Source: Takakia lepidozioides (taxonomy: Eukaryota > Plantae > Bryophyta). Taken from it: DNA of 64,000 nucleotides. Below the pieces are notes generated by a model. That model was given only the letters and a program-made list of their open reading frames with translations, searched no databases and was not told the DNA's origin. Of the stretch, positions 25,005 to 37,879 are shown piece by piece; positions within the stretch are counted from its first letter, which is position 1, and the number at the start of each line of letters is the position of its first letter. A program made the translations under genes and the position numbers. The DNA lies in contig CM060731.1 of the NCBI GenBank assembly GCA_030704615.1, positions 92,070,001 through 92,134,000 on the forward strand. Direction: 5' to 3'.

Positions 25005-26242
25005 AAGTTGATCAAATACGAGCTCTACAACAACAAACGAGTTACCAGGAGTTCTTGCGGGGTGGCGTTGGTGGCAATGGTCCCGACAAGTCTGAGTTGA
25101 TGTTGCAAGCTGCAAGAAGATCGGGAGATCCCAACAAGATAGCCAGGGCTGTCAGCATGTGTGCGGAGGGAACTCCTCTAGTGTCCAAAGTTCCACATCT
25201 GGAGGGCGAGAAGAGATTCAGCTCTTATAAACGGAAATTGAACACCCCTCCCGGTTCGGATGCGGACTCGCACAGGCCGGACAGGGACAACTTCTCCACT
25301 CCGCGTGTTCCATTGCATCAGAGATTCGTTTCCAAAATGTCCAGTGCGGAGGAACCTTTCTTACAAAGCCAGACCCAAGCATCTCCCACTGTCAGTGCAA
25401 TGGGGTGCAAGAGTCGAACGTCCTCCCCAATGTGGTGGAGTCCATGTGCCCTGACGAAGTCTGGCACATAGAATGCACCAGTGCTGGGTCTCGAGTGAAG
25501 TGCACGGCAATCAGAGCCACCAATCGTGAGAAGTGCAAGTCCTCCATATCCAGAGGCAAGGTCCGCACTCCGGCTCCGACCTTCACTAGTTTGTTCCAGC
25601 CTTACGGGCAAGCAGAGGCAAAGAACCACAAATTCTGGTTCTGCCCTGACGACTATGGTAGGTGCGCGCATTGGACTGTGCGACCATCGGTGGTCATGAA
25701 GCCTCCTCCACCAAGGGTTTAGCCTGTGAAGGTGGAGACACATCTCACAATTCAGGAGATTGCCATGTTGGAGGAGGCAGGCTTCTCCCTTCAGTGAGAA
25801 CCCTCTGTACATGCAGGTGCTTCTACTCAGCCAATTCTCGAGTGTCACCACCCAACGCTGATGCATGGCCAACTAAACGAAATGGGAAGCTGGTTCGTCA
25901 TTTCCCTCCGACTGCCGAACACTTTGGCAAGATAGAATCCGCTCGAATGCTTTAAGGTCGTGTTACAGGCACTACGGAAGTTCCACATCCCAGGTATGGT
26001 TGCTAACCTCCACATCTGCTATGCATGATAGATTGTACGACATCACAATTTCAGATTTCCCCAACTGCACCTGTCTTGATTTTGTTGGCATGCTTTCAAC
26101 AAGTTTGGGAAAGACAAGAAAATTTATACCCTGCAAGCATTTGTATTTTATCTTCCTGAACAGAATGGTTTGTGATCCCAGACGCGACATCTTCATTCAC
26201 CAGGCCACCATGAGTTTCAACGAGGTAGTCGTTGCAAAATAA
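25005..26242 (+). pseudogene. MULE transposase C-terminal half with SWIM zinc finger (DDE core deleted)
   Basis: PHLEGEKRF..KRKLNTPPGSDADSHRPDRDNFS, HKFWFCPDD, FPNCTCLDF...CKHLYFI; colinear with ORF 41292-42683; frameshifted. Confidence 0.85.
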
Positions 26243-26789
26243 ATGGAATGGATGCAAATGCTTTCACAAGTCGTTCCTGGATTTTCATTTTTGGTATTTT
26301 GGATGAATGAATGCCACGGCTATAGGCCCCTCGGTTATAGGTGCTATATGTTTCTGTTGACATGGCATCCGCCAAGTTGTCCAAATGCCACGTCATTTTG
26401 TCGACTGACATGTCAGCAGGATAACGACATGTCAGCAGGCCCTCGCCACGTCAGCCTCACGCTCACGCCACGTCAACGTGACCCCACGCTCATGCCACAT
26501 TAGCTGATGTGAGCTTGCGCTCACGCCACGTCACCATCGCGTGAGCGTACGTTCTCACGCTCACGCTCACGTCCCTTGTACAGTGGCACACATGCCTCTT
26601 CTAGTGTCATGTGCGATTTCCCTCTCCACCTCCTTCCTCGCCCTCCCCCACCTGAATGTCTTCAATGTCTGCATCACCACTATTTTCATTAATCCCAGCG
26701 CCGTCCCCCTCTTCAGCACCGTCCATGATTTGAAAGCATTCCAGCAACATTTGAGTTATGTCCACCCCTTCGTCAATTTCTGTGTCATG

Positions 26790-27070
26790 TCATTCGCGCA
26801 TGAGAATTTCCTGGTTTGCCATCCCTGTATGGCTCCCACTGCCGCCTGCATTGTCCAATTGTGCCAACTCCTCGTCGTCGGAGTCAGCAAGGCCACTTCC
26901 AATCCACACCCGAAATGCAGGGGATCGTAAGTGTTCAAGGAGATGTGCGCACACACCGTCCTCCGATCTACTTGTAGTCCCCAAACAACGGGTACATGGG
27001 CATGGCATCCTGGAAAGGCCATAGGCTCTGGCGCGTGCCACTTCTTTTTCCCACAACCTGTCATCTCCAA
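26790..27070 (-). pseudogene. CACTA transposase-associated domain fragment
   Basis: MPCPCTRC......VCAHLLEH....FRVW pattern typical of the N-terminus of En/Spm TnpD-like proteins. Confidence 0.6.
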
Positions 27071-29019
27071 CCGCCTGTCTAGAGGGGTGATGAATTGGAA
27101 GTCCTCTACTCAGAGGATGGATAGTCATGACTGTAGGGGCGCTTCGTGGGGAAGGAGCCCTCTGTATAGATTCTTCAATTTTGCGTCGCCACTCTCATTT
27201 CACTATCTTCAATTCCATCCTGGCTGGCTTCTGCTAGTAGATAGAGAACTTGGCTGTCAATTGCGAGGTACATGAAGGGAAAAGCTCGTGCACTTGTGCA
27301 AAATCCTGAGTGGGAGCCAAACTCCGATAGCAATTCCACTGCAGTCTTGAAATCGCGTTTCGGCGGAGAATTCCGTTCCGTTGCCATTAAAGTGGACCGT
27401 GGCGGGAAGGGAGAAAATGCCTGTGGCTCCCTTACCATGGCGGGAAATGGAACATGATATGAGTGGAGTCCCGCGATGGTCCCTTCCCTCATTTTGACTG
27501 CACCAATTTGGTGTCTTCTTGACTGCTTGAGCAATGCCGCCCTTGAGACGACAACTGCAAGTCACTGGATCGTTTGATTGGCGACTTCAGAGGCACCTTC
27601 GTATTGCGGATCGCAGACCCCCACATGCTTCGTGAGAGAGCCAGAGGGCAGTCAATGCATGCACCATTGTCTTGCATTGGTTGGGACGGAGTGGGGTGCA
27701 GAGGTGGCAAGCTGTGCCTGAGTTTGCTTGCCTGGCATCCTGCAGTCGGCGGCTTCTGCGAGTTGGGCGCCAGTACCCTCTCTTGTATGAATATCACCTG
27801 TGGTACAAGACTCACCGGGCTCCCCTGTCCACTTGGGTCTTGGGACAGTGACTTATGGAGTATTTAGACAGAGTTGCATGTCACGCAGGTATAGCAAAAT
27901 CTGCCATGCAATTTTCCTTCCATTTTGCTGCCATGCTTGCATGTGATCCACGGGGTAATTTCCATGTTCTCCCGGATGATGTGGGTTTGCAAATTTTGTG
28001 TCCGCAGGTGTGTGTGTGTGAGGATCTCAACCCATGGTGCGATGCCTGCCGAATTGACCCTTCTCTGCGATGGAGAACCAGTACAATTGATTGTAGTTTT
28101 GTTGAATTATCAGGCAAAGAACTGTCTTCGCTTCAGCATCTCCTCATGCGAATTTTCTCGCAAAAAGCATGTAAAGGCCAGGTCCACACTCCATCGTTGC
28201 ATTGTGTTTCCTGTTGCCGAATTTTGAATGAAATAAAGTTAAAGGATCACTGTCAATTGTGTGAACTAGTACGTGTAGTTGTATGGAGCATTGTAAGTGG
28301 GAATTTTGGAACGACTCAAAGTCGAAGTGGTCATAGGCTCGGATCTACGACACCTGCTCCTATTTGAAAAAATGAACGGTCGGATCTTCACCCGATTTTG
28401 TATGCACTTTCATGTGTGTTGACACTCCCCTCTACTGGACTTGTTTCCCTCCTTTGTATGTCCTCGTCCTCCTTGCGAGTCCTTGTGTGGGATGGTCTAT
28501 GTCCATGCGTAGAGGGCAGCCGTCCACCGACGAGGCAGCACCGGCTCCTCCCACTTCTGCACATCCCAGTGTCGTGGTGCGAAGGAGCCCCCGCCTAGCA
28601 AGAGTGACTCCAGTGAACATGGCCAGCGTGCGAGAGGGAAAGCGGCACGGCGGAGGGTCTTCGAGTTCCGTAACTGACACAAGCGAGTACATGATGGGCG
28701 ACGATGAGGACGTCGAGGAGAGCTCCGTGGAAACCCGACCTCCATCTGCCAAGTCTCTCCCCAAAACGCGCAAACGCCAAAAAGCAGCTGCGCATGGGGT
28801 GAGTTATGCTCCACGTCTTGGGCATTTCCGCACATGTGTGGGTAGGCATGTGGAAGCCGCTTCATGCCACTCGCACAATGTGAATTTGCACTCTCCCTTT
28901 CCTGTCTGCTTCTGTTTCTGTGGATCATATCTTCACTCTAAGCCGGATTATCCATGGAGCTATCATGTGCGGGAACACGATTTGGCACTTAACTCCTTCA
29001 TGACAGAGGCCACAGGGTT

Positions 29020-31820
29020 GGGATGGACGGCAGGGGACAGGGAGCACGAAGCTGCTCCCTTCCCCACCCTTCCAACTCTCACTCACATTTTCTCTTTCCT
29101 ACAATAAAGTAATGCAGAGAGGGACGGCAGAGGGTTGGGATGAAGCTTAAGGACCTGCCAGCTGTTTTTCTACTGTCTCCCTTCCCCACCCTTCCTACTC
29201 CCACTCTTCTTTTCATTTTCCCTTCAATAAACAGATGCAAAGAGGGAGGGCAGAGGGTTGGGATGAAGGTTAAGGGGATAATATCTGTTTGTCTACTCTC
29301 TCCCTTCCCCACCCTTCCATCTCTCACTCTTCTTTTATTCTTCCCTACAACAAAGAAATGCAGAGAGGGAGGGCAGGGGGTTGGGCTCTGGGTCAAGGGG
29401 GTGGCTCGCTGTTTTTCTGCTCTCTCCCTTCCCCACCCTTCTGCTCCCACTTCCCCTTGTTTTTTTTTCCCCCTTCCATAAACGGATGTAGACAGGGAGG
29501 GATGAGGGTTGGGATGGAGGTCAGGGGGCTGGGAGCAGGGGGCTGCTGTCCCCACCCTTCCATCTCTCACTCTTCCTTTATTTTTCCCTACAATAAACAA
29601 ATGCAGAGAGGCAGGGCAGGGGGTTGGCCGGCTCTGGGTCAAGGGGGTGGCTCAGTGTTTTTCTGCTCTCTCCCTTCCCCACCCTTCTGCTCCCATTTTT
29701 TGTTTCCCTTCCATGAACAGATGTAGATAGGGAGGGATGAGGGTTGGGATGGAGGTATGGCGGCTGGGAGCAGGGTGCTGCTCTCTCTCCCTTCCCCACC
29801 ACTCCATCTCTCATTCCTTTTTCTTGGCAGAACTTCTAGGTGTAATAGTGAGGGGTCACGCTCCTCAATGTTGTTGGCAAGACATTTTCCAGGGTTATAA
29901 GTACTCGTCTCCAGGTTTATCTGGAATGTAGAGGTTGTCTCCACGAAGACCAAGCTGGCTTTCGCCGAAACAAGGGCTGTGTGTATCATATCTTCACTTT
30001 AAGCCAGATTATGCAGGGAAGGGAAAAAGAAGGGAAACCCACTTATGTTTTTTCTTGGATGTCAAAAAGGCTTATGACACAGTCTGGAGACATGGCCTAT
30101 GGCTTCTGCCTCTGGTCTTGTCGGATCAAGGGAAAGATGTGGAGAATTGTCCACAACTTGTATGCTCACACCTAAAGCTGTGTCACTATTAATGGACAGA
30201 AGTCCAACTTCTTTCCAATAGACCAAGGTGTAGCTCAAGGCTGCACTCTCCACCCTTTCCTCTTCAATGTTGTCATGAATGAACTTCTCTCGGATGTCAA
30301 AAGTGCGGGATTTGGGTTAAGGGTGGGTGATAGCACCATAGCAGCCCTTATGTTTGCGGATGACTTCGCAAGCATAGGGGAGACTCCCACCAATTTCCAG
30401 GAGTTGATTGATTGCATGAAGACATAGTTTTATCTTAGGCTAACGTCATGGTGGGGTCAGCTGCAACATATGTCCAACACCAGATATCCTAAGTTAATGG
30501 ACTCTATATCTTGGAAACAGAACCGCCTTGTCAAACCGCTAAGACCTAGCAGAAGAGAGTAGAAGAGATTCTCAAGTGGATGTGGATCTGGAAGTCTTGA
30601 CCCTGCTGGCTAAATCTGACTTAGAGGCTGTAGTGTCCAAAGCCATGTCTGTTGCCATGAAATTGTCTGATGAAAATGAAGTTAGGCAGAGCACTTTCCT
30701 AAAGTTCTTTCCAGTCTGTGACATGAGGGAGGACATCTTGGATGACCTGAAGGTTGTACCCGCTCTCGGCACTAGACTTAAATTTAAACTCAGGGAAGGA
30801 AGCCTACCTTTGAACAGCAAATAGAAGCAGAGAGGAAAGGGAGATAGTGCAATTGCCCGTTGTGAGGGTAACCTGAAGACAATATTCATTTTATGATACA
30901 CCGTCTGGGGTTCTCTCACCAAAGAGACGCTCTCTTCAAATCTATAAAGGGAATTCTGCCAGTACCTCTGTTTACAAACTTTGAAAGTTTCAAGGCTGAG
31001 CCAAAACCCCAGGCCCTTCTAAGGCCTAGTTTTAGGGCAAATCACACCCAACAGATTGATAGAGAATATCGGGTTATCAATTCTATGTATCAAGGTAAGT
31101 CTTCAAGTCGCACGTCAGCCCCTCACAAAGGTAGGTTCTGTCCCTTTGGTTTGCCATCAAACTGGGCGTGGGGTCAATGGCCAGAAGGCTACGGCAAACA
31201 ACGTCTTATGAGTACATTCTCCCTCTTCTTTTTTTCCCTTCAATAAAGAGATGCAGAGAGGGAGGGCAGGGGGTTGGGCTCTGGGTCAGCTGTCCACGCT
31301 CACTGTTTTTCTGCTCTCTCCCTTCCCCACCCTTCTGCTCCCACTCTTTTTTTTTCCCCTTTCATGAACAGATGTAGATAGTGAGGGATGAGGGTTGGGA
31401 TGGAGGTGAGGGGGCTGGGAGCAGGGTGCTGCTCTCTCTCCCTTCCCCACCATTCCATGTCTCACTCATCCTTTTTTTTCCTTCAATAAACAGATGCAGC
31501 GAGGGAGGGCAAAGGGTTGGGATGGAGGTTAAGGGTGTGCCCGCTGTTTTTATAATTTCTCCCTTCCCCACCCTTCCTGCTCCCACTCTTCTTCTTTTTT
31601 TCCTTCCATAAACAGATGTAGATAGGGAGGGATGAGGGTTGGGATGGAGGTCAGGGCGCTGGGAGCATGATCCTGTTCTATCTCCCTCCCCCACACTTCC
31701 AACTCTCAGTCCCTTTTTGTTTCCTTCAATAAATAGATGCAGAGAGGGAGGGCAGGGGCTGGGGATGGAGGTTATGTAGTTTGGCAAAGGTTTTTATACT
31801 ATATCCTTTCCCCACCCATG
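29020..31820. repeat. Degenerate purine/pyrimidine-tract tandem repeat (about 110-130 bp units) in the TnpA-like intron
   Basis: Recurring CCCTTCCCCACCCTTC and AGAGGGAGGGCAG..GGGTTGGG at 29020-29820 and 31220-31820. Confidence 0.85.
29820..31220 (+). mobile_element. Nested, deleted LINE copy (same family as 1-3240)
   Basis: LDVKKAYDTVW, QGCTL, LMFADD at about 30348; 30440-31215 closely matches 865-1663. Confidence 0.85.
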
Positions 31821-33599
31821 GGGACTCTGTCCCTCTCATTTTGTACTTCGCCTGGTCAAACCACAATTGGATGAACATATTTAGAAAGTTGTTCAAACTA
31901 GGAAGCGTTGGGTCTTAATTCAGTTTGTCACTGCAGAGCAATCAAGTCTGAGGTGAAGGTAACCATGTCAACCCACTTTGGGTACATGTTTTGCGAGTTT
32001 AGTAGGACCAGAGCAGATGCAAGATGTGTGTGGGTTGTTTTGTGCAGGGGAAGGGGAGTGAAGCAGCACCCAAGTACCCACAGCCCCCATACAATGCCAA
32101 CCAATACCCAGCATGGCACCCTCCCCCTGCCGGATGGTCTCCACAGCAGAGTGCACAATGGGGGGCCCCCCCTGCTTCGGGGTCGTGGCGGTGGCTCCCG
32201 ATGCTGGCACGTCACAGTGGGGGCCTCCCACATGTCCGTACGGCCCTGACGCTGCTGCTCCGGAGCATGGGGGCAGGAAACGGTCATCAGACTTGAGGCG
32301 GGAACGACGACATGCCATGAAGAAGTGGGAAGGGGAGGGAGAGGGAAGGGTGGCTGCAGGGCTAAAGCGCCACAAGGTGGAGGTGCACCCAAATGGAGTC
32401 AGCAATGCTGGCTGCGAAGGCAAGGAACATTGGCAGCGCGATTTGCGTGGCCTTGCACTACGCTACCTGGATTCAAGCGTACAAGACATTGACCAGCAGT
32501 CCCAGAGTGCCATGACCACGGTCATAGATCACATAAATGAAATGTACGAGTACACACCTTTCCCTGCTCGTCGTGATTTTATAGTGAAGCAATGTGGGAA
32601 GATAATGAAAGGGGAAAGAGTGAAACTGAAAGATATATGGGCCAAGACTGGTGTGAGGCCTATGAACACCAAACCATGCTATTGGGATAAGCTGGTCGAG
32701 TACTGGGAGTCCCCTGGTGGAGTAGCAAAGGCTGAAGGGATGAAGATCGTGCGTGCTTGTGTCACCAAGCCATTGCGTTGGGGCCGGGCAGGAATTGCAG
32801 GCCAAGCAGCTCGTTTGGTAATCATTAACATCCTCTTTTCGTCCATATTTTTTCATGGCATGATGGAATGAAGAGTACCTTGTATGCTTCCCTTTTGTCC
32901 ATTGTTCTCTATTTATTGTTGTGTCATTTGCAATTGGTCTAGTTTCTGGTTTTTCTCCAGGCTTAACGTACTTCCACTGTTTGTGGGTTGCGATTCAGAA
33001 AAAAAGGAAAGCTCGCAGCCTGTCCCTGTCTGAACTCGGGGCGGAGCAAAAGACACCTGGGATGGGGACCCCATCAGAGTCAGGTTTGACCCAGGTATGT
33101 TACGAAGTCCCCTTTCTGACAGATTCCCTTCTTGTTCGATTTGGAGGTCAGTGGGTCCCCCTCATATGGCACAGGAGGGGTGTTAAACTGGAATCAGAAT
33201 CTTACTATGCATTCAATCCCTCGCATTGGGCCTCCTCTTTTGGTTTGTAATAATAGTCATTGTTGTGTGTATGTGCAGGGAGCGGGGAACTCAATGGCAG
33301 CCCGCATTGCAAGCCTGGAGAGGCTTGCGGCGAAATCTGCAGAGCGGGAGAGGGGTATGGAAGCCCAGTTGGCAAAACTTGTGGAACTGATGATGGCTCA
33401 GAAAGGGGGTGTGACGGGTGGCACTATGAAAGACCCCCCTTCTGTGACCATTGTGCTTGGCAGCGAGGAAGTAATTGTAGTGGGTGGGGAGGCCGAGCAG
33501 GTCCAGCCTGTGGTGGACGTGGGGGGCAATGGGGGGACAGGGTCCAATCATTGAAGGGGGAGAGGGCCTGACAGTGGATGAGGATGACATGGATGAGGG

Positions 33600-33990
33600 G
33601 GGGGGGGGGCATTCCTTGTTTTCCGGTATTTCTATGTTGGAATATGGTCCTGTGCTTCTAAGGGGAATGTTGCAGACATACTCAAAGTGCTGATGCAGGG
33701 GGGTCAAGGGTTCTCCCCTGTTCGTGTGGTCACAAGAGGACTGTGACCCCTCGATAGAGCCACACCCCACAAAAGGGCCTGCTGTTCAGAACTTGCAGAA
33801 GAGATTGTCAAGGGTGTGGGAAGAATTTTTTGGCTTTAACGAATCCAACACCCTCTTAGTGGACGATTCACCATACAAGGGGCAGGCGAACTACCCTTTG
33901 AACATGGTTCATCCACTGTCATTTGCTGTTACTGGCAATGCAAGTGAGGGGCCTGATTCAGATTACCTTTTAGGAACTCTATGGCCCTAT
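33600..33990 (+). pseudogene. FCP1/NIF-type HAD phosphatase-homology domain fragment
   Basis: VWSQEDC...KRLSRVW....NESNTLLVDDSPYK...NYPLN.VHP.SF. Confidence 0.65.
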
Positions 33991-34181
33991 TGTAAACACG
34001 GCAAACCGGGGAAACACTGCAAATCGTAATCCCAAACCCTAACCCTAACCCTTAGCGAACTGCCATGTTCGTGGAGGGAAGCAGGGCTGGGAATTAAGCG
34101 GGCGTCAGGCACATGAGAATTCAAAATTTAATTAATTAATTAAAGAAAAAGGTTTTTTTTTTTTTCGGCACTTGCGTAGAA

Positions 34182-34212
<31 letters not shown>

Positions 34213-34290
34213 CCCCTCCCCGCGGAGAACTGAGTGCGTCAACGCACTCAATTTCTTCATGATTTCATGAATCATCGACGACATCGACGA

Positions 34291-35400
34291 CAGTGTTGTG
34301 CGGGTCCGGATTTTGACCCCGGTTACCCGGCGGGTTAGGGTCAGCATTTTTTTATTGGCGATTTTTCGCCATTTGGCCGCCTGAAAATCCCCTTGGCAAA
34401 TGAAACAAAGGGAAAAAGAGGTCCAAATAAAGCAGTTTTCGCCAAAAATTGGGGGGTCTTAGAAAGGTCCTCTGTGGACCCACGGGGGCAGCACAGATGT
34501 AGCCATGACGGGCCCCATGTAGGATGATCTGATGGGCCAGATGAGGAGGGGGTTTAGGATTGTGGGGCCTCCTCCGTTTCCCAAGGAGATGCTCGTCGCC
34601 TGTCTCGCGAGAACTATACACCTCATTTGTACCAATTAGCCTATGGTTTTCACATAGAAAGATTTCCATTCGGCTTTCAACTATTTTTGTATTTCACCTT
34701 TTATTGCTCATCAACATCCATTTGATTCGCAAAATATGGCAAGGGTGGAAATACATGTAGCCTACCAATTCAAGGAAAATTACTTAGAGTGGGCCACTTG
34801 CATTACCCTACACCCAATATATATAGCCACTCCTACCCCTTTTCAAAATCCCTAAAAAAAAACCTTGGTTAGGGTCCGGGTTACCTATCCGGATTTGGAT
34901 CCGTGCCATCACCAAAAACTCAGACCCTGACCCGGGTCAGACCCTCATATGGACTACAGTGGATTGTTAATGTTGAAGACAAAGTTGGACGTTGTAATAT
35001 CTCATTGCTCAACATTACATGTTGTCGCGGGGAGTTTCGGAGGCTTACAACCCTGCTTATACCCCACCATCACAGCAGAAGCTACAAACCTTCTTTTTCA
35101 CTCATTTGGGCCTGAGAGTATGGCTAATTACATTGATATCCTTCAGTTTGACGCTATGGTAGATCCTATTTCTTTTGGCATACAATATTTGTATCTCTTT
35201 ACAAGTACTATGAATATAGAAGTGGTGTATCTTAAAGTTCGACATCGCAGTCTTGGGCGCGATAATGGTCGATGGAGGGCAAGAGAGCCGCTCCTCATTC
35301 TAAACATGTTTTTTAATGAATCCCGGACCCCGACCCCGACCCCGACCCGCCAGGTAGGTCCAGAACCCGTTAAACCCGCTACTCGCGGGCCAGAGTTGGT
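34291..35400. mobile_element. Possible non-autonomous hAT-type element
   Basis: Starts CAGTGTT with clustered ACCCG/CGGGT repeats at 34300-34340, 34870-34945 and 35320-35390; matching right TIR not found. Confidence 0.35.
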
Positions 35401-36859
35401 ATAGCCAATTGTTATAGCCATCTTCCCTAGTTCACTAATTGGCTTTCTAGATAGTTCTACTATCGTCGGTGGGTTGAAAAGCAACTCACTAGTGGGTGTG
35501 GATGCTGCAGGAGTATACTTATAGGAACAATAACCAGAGAAGGTTGGGGCTTGGTGAGAGTGGGGCCAGGTGGGATCGCGGCTTGGGGCTCGTCTTCAAG
35601 GTAGAGCGCTTGGGGCTGGTGGAGGGTGGGACCAGCTGCGTGGAGTGCTTGGGGTGGGAGTGCTTGGGGTTGACGAAGTAGGGCTGGGAGAATTGGGATC
35701 GTCGTGTTCTGAAGGGGACTCGATATTGCCGTGTTTTCCATATATTGCCGTGTTTGCCGTGTTTGGAAGTTTTGCCGTGTTCACCTCTTCTTCCAAAATA
35801 TATACTTCCACGGTCATAGGACCCCTCTAAACCCTGTTCTTGGTTATAGGACTTGCTTCTTCCTCTTTTAAACCCTGGGCTCACGTTTAGCAAGCGTGAG
35901 CCTGCAAGATGTCTCATGCCATTTGCGACAAGATCAGAGTGATTTTAGGTTCACGCTTGGAGGGCAAAGCATGAGCCGAGCTCCTGGGCTCACGCGGCTA
36001 GGCTCACGCCGTAGCTACGTCCCGCGCGAAGGCAACTGCAGCAAAGGCGAAAGTGGTGGGAATAGCTGGGGTTGACAAGTTCCATTGCAAGGACATTCGT
36101 TCCGGCATAGACTTCCAAGACTGCACTGAGTTGCAAGTGTGCACAGATTTTCAAGTCCGCACCTGCAAGCCAAAACTTCTGGCATTGCACTGCACACCTG
36201 TACACGATCTCACGACGTGAGGGAGAATCCCGCTAGGCTGTTCTAGTATGCCCCATCTTCGTCGAGGCCCATCTCGCATTTCGTACCAGAAGAGGTGCTC
36301 CCAATATTTGTTTATGTACTCCCTCGCCCATGCAACAATTGCCTTCATATCGTCTGGTTCGGGTCTTGACCGCAACACCAGAACGTTGTCAATTCATCGT
36401 TATGGATGAATGACGGATGAATGATGGATGAATGGGCGATGAATGTATGTTGGATGAATGGCACATGGATGAATGTAGTTTGTGATTGAATGCAGAATTA
36501 AAAAGCATTTTTGAGTAGTGGTTGCCAAATCCCCCGAGCTCCAGAGTGAACCTCTGTCAACTGCAGAGGGTTGTGGTTGTCCTTTCACTAGATATCCTAA
36601 GTCGAGAGAGATGCTGACACCCAATTGCAAAACATGTTATACTGGACACTACCCGCAGTAATAGGTCATCTAAGCCGAATAGGTGTCCGCGGTTATAGGT
36701 GAGCACATCCAAAAGCGTGAGCATAATTCTGCTCATGGAATTTTCTGCTCATGGTTTAGCAATCCCCTGTATCTCCTATCTTAAGGCCCATCTAAGCCCA
36801 AGTGCAATCTCCTATGTATCCAAGTGCTTCTCCCATGTAGAGGCCCAAGTGCGACCTCC

Positions 36860-37480
36860 AGTGCCATTCCAACACTTAATTTTGTAATTTAGTTGAATTT
36901 TCAGCGACCAAAATTGTTCATATTTCTATAATTCTCGGCCCATAGGTCCAAATTTTGTGAAACCAAGTCACCCCTACTCATCAAGGGCTTTCCAACAGTA
37001 TCAAAATCGTGGCCTCAGCCTAAGTGCAACCTCGAGTGTCTTTCCAACACTTGATTGAATTTTCAGCGACCAAAATTGTTTATAAATCCATAAGTCTCGG
37101 CCTGTAGGTCCAAATTTTGTGAAACCAAGTCGGTGCACCCTACGCATCGAGGCCTTTCCAACGGTACTAAAATCGTGGCCAGAGGCCCTGCGGTTGGGGA
37201 GATCTCAATGACAGTACAAACAATATTGTGAACGCAAATATTTGAAAAAAAACCCCAATTTATATTTACGTCCACGTGCAAAAAAGACAATGAAGGGCCA
37301 ATCATTGTTCCAGGAAAGCCCACTTTGCTATTTTTTGTGAATTTCCAGCAACCAAAAGTACTTGAAATTCCATATATCCCACACCACAAGTCTCAAAATC
37401 ATAAGACCAAGCCGGTGCACCCTTCCTCATGGAGGGCTTTCCAACGACACCAAGCACAGCAAGAGCATTACGCGTGTCAC
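36860..37480. repeat. Internally repeated non-coding element (ACCAAGTCGGTGCACCC...GGGCTTTCCAAC)
   Basis: Motif recurs at about 36962, 37124 and 37406; direct duplication 36890-37010 versus 37055-37180. Confidence 0.6.
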
Positions 37481-37627
37481 AGTACAAGCTGTAAGAAAGC
37501 AAGAGATACATAGTTATACAGTCAAACAGACAACCATCAGTTTCTGTGGAATCTCTTGCCAATGGCAGGATGGGTTGGGAACAGCCAAGTCAGGAGGTGA
37601 ATGCCTGTCAAATTACCACATGTCCTT

Positions 37628-37720
37628 CTGAACACTGCCCCTGCCCTGGTGGACATGTATGCCAATTGTGGGTGCATCAAGGATGCCAAGGGAGTGTTCA
37701 ACACTGTGGCTGAACGAGAT
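37628..37720 (+). pseudogene. Pentatricopeptide repeat (PLS-class) fragment
   Basis: ALVDMYANCGCIKDAKGVFNTVAERD, one PPR motif only. Confidence 0.75.
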
Positions 37721-37879
37721 GGAGGCTCCAACCAGAAATCCCAATTGCCTCTCCGCCTCTTGCATTTGCTGCCACCCCACACACAGAACATGCAACATGA
37801 ATCACACATGCAAGAAGGTCCATCACACAACCAATAACATGAAATGGGAAGTCGGCATAGACTTGCAGGGCTTGCATCA

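Larger units (their letters stand above)
28499..33554 (+). pseudogene. CACTA TnpA-like (Ptta/En/Spm family) multi-exon gene
   Basis: Putative exons 28499-28798, 32048-32817, 32999-33094, 33279-33554 with GT/AG ends; RP.....WDKLVEYWES....KAEGMKIVR......WGRAG motif; frameshift near 32160. Confidence 0.7.

Noticed and set aside
29079-31787. Low-complexity ORFs on both strands
   Set aside because: Derived from the purine/pyrimidine tandem repeat
34034-34053. Telomeric array (also 46629-46646)
   Set aside because: Only 2-3 units; telo-box-like or chance
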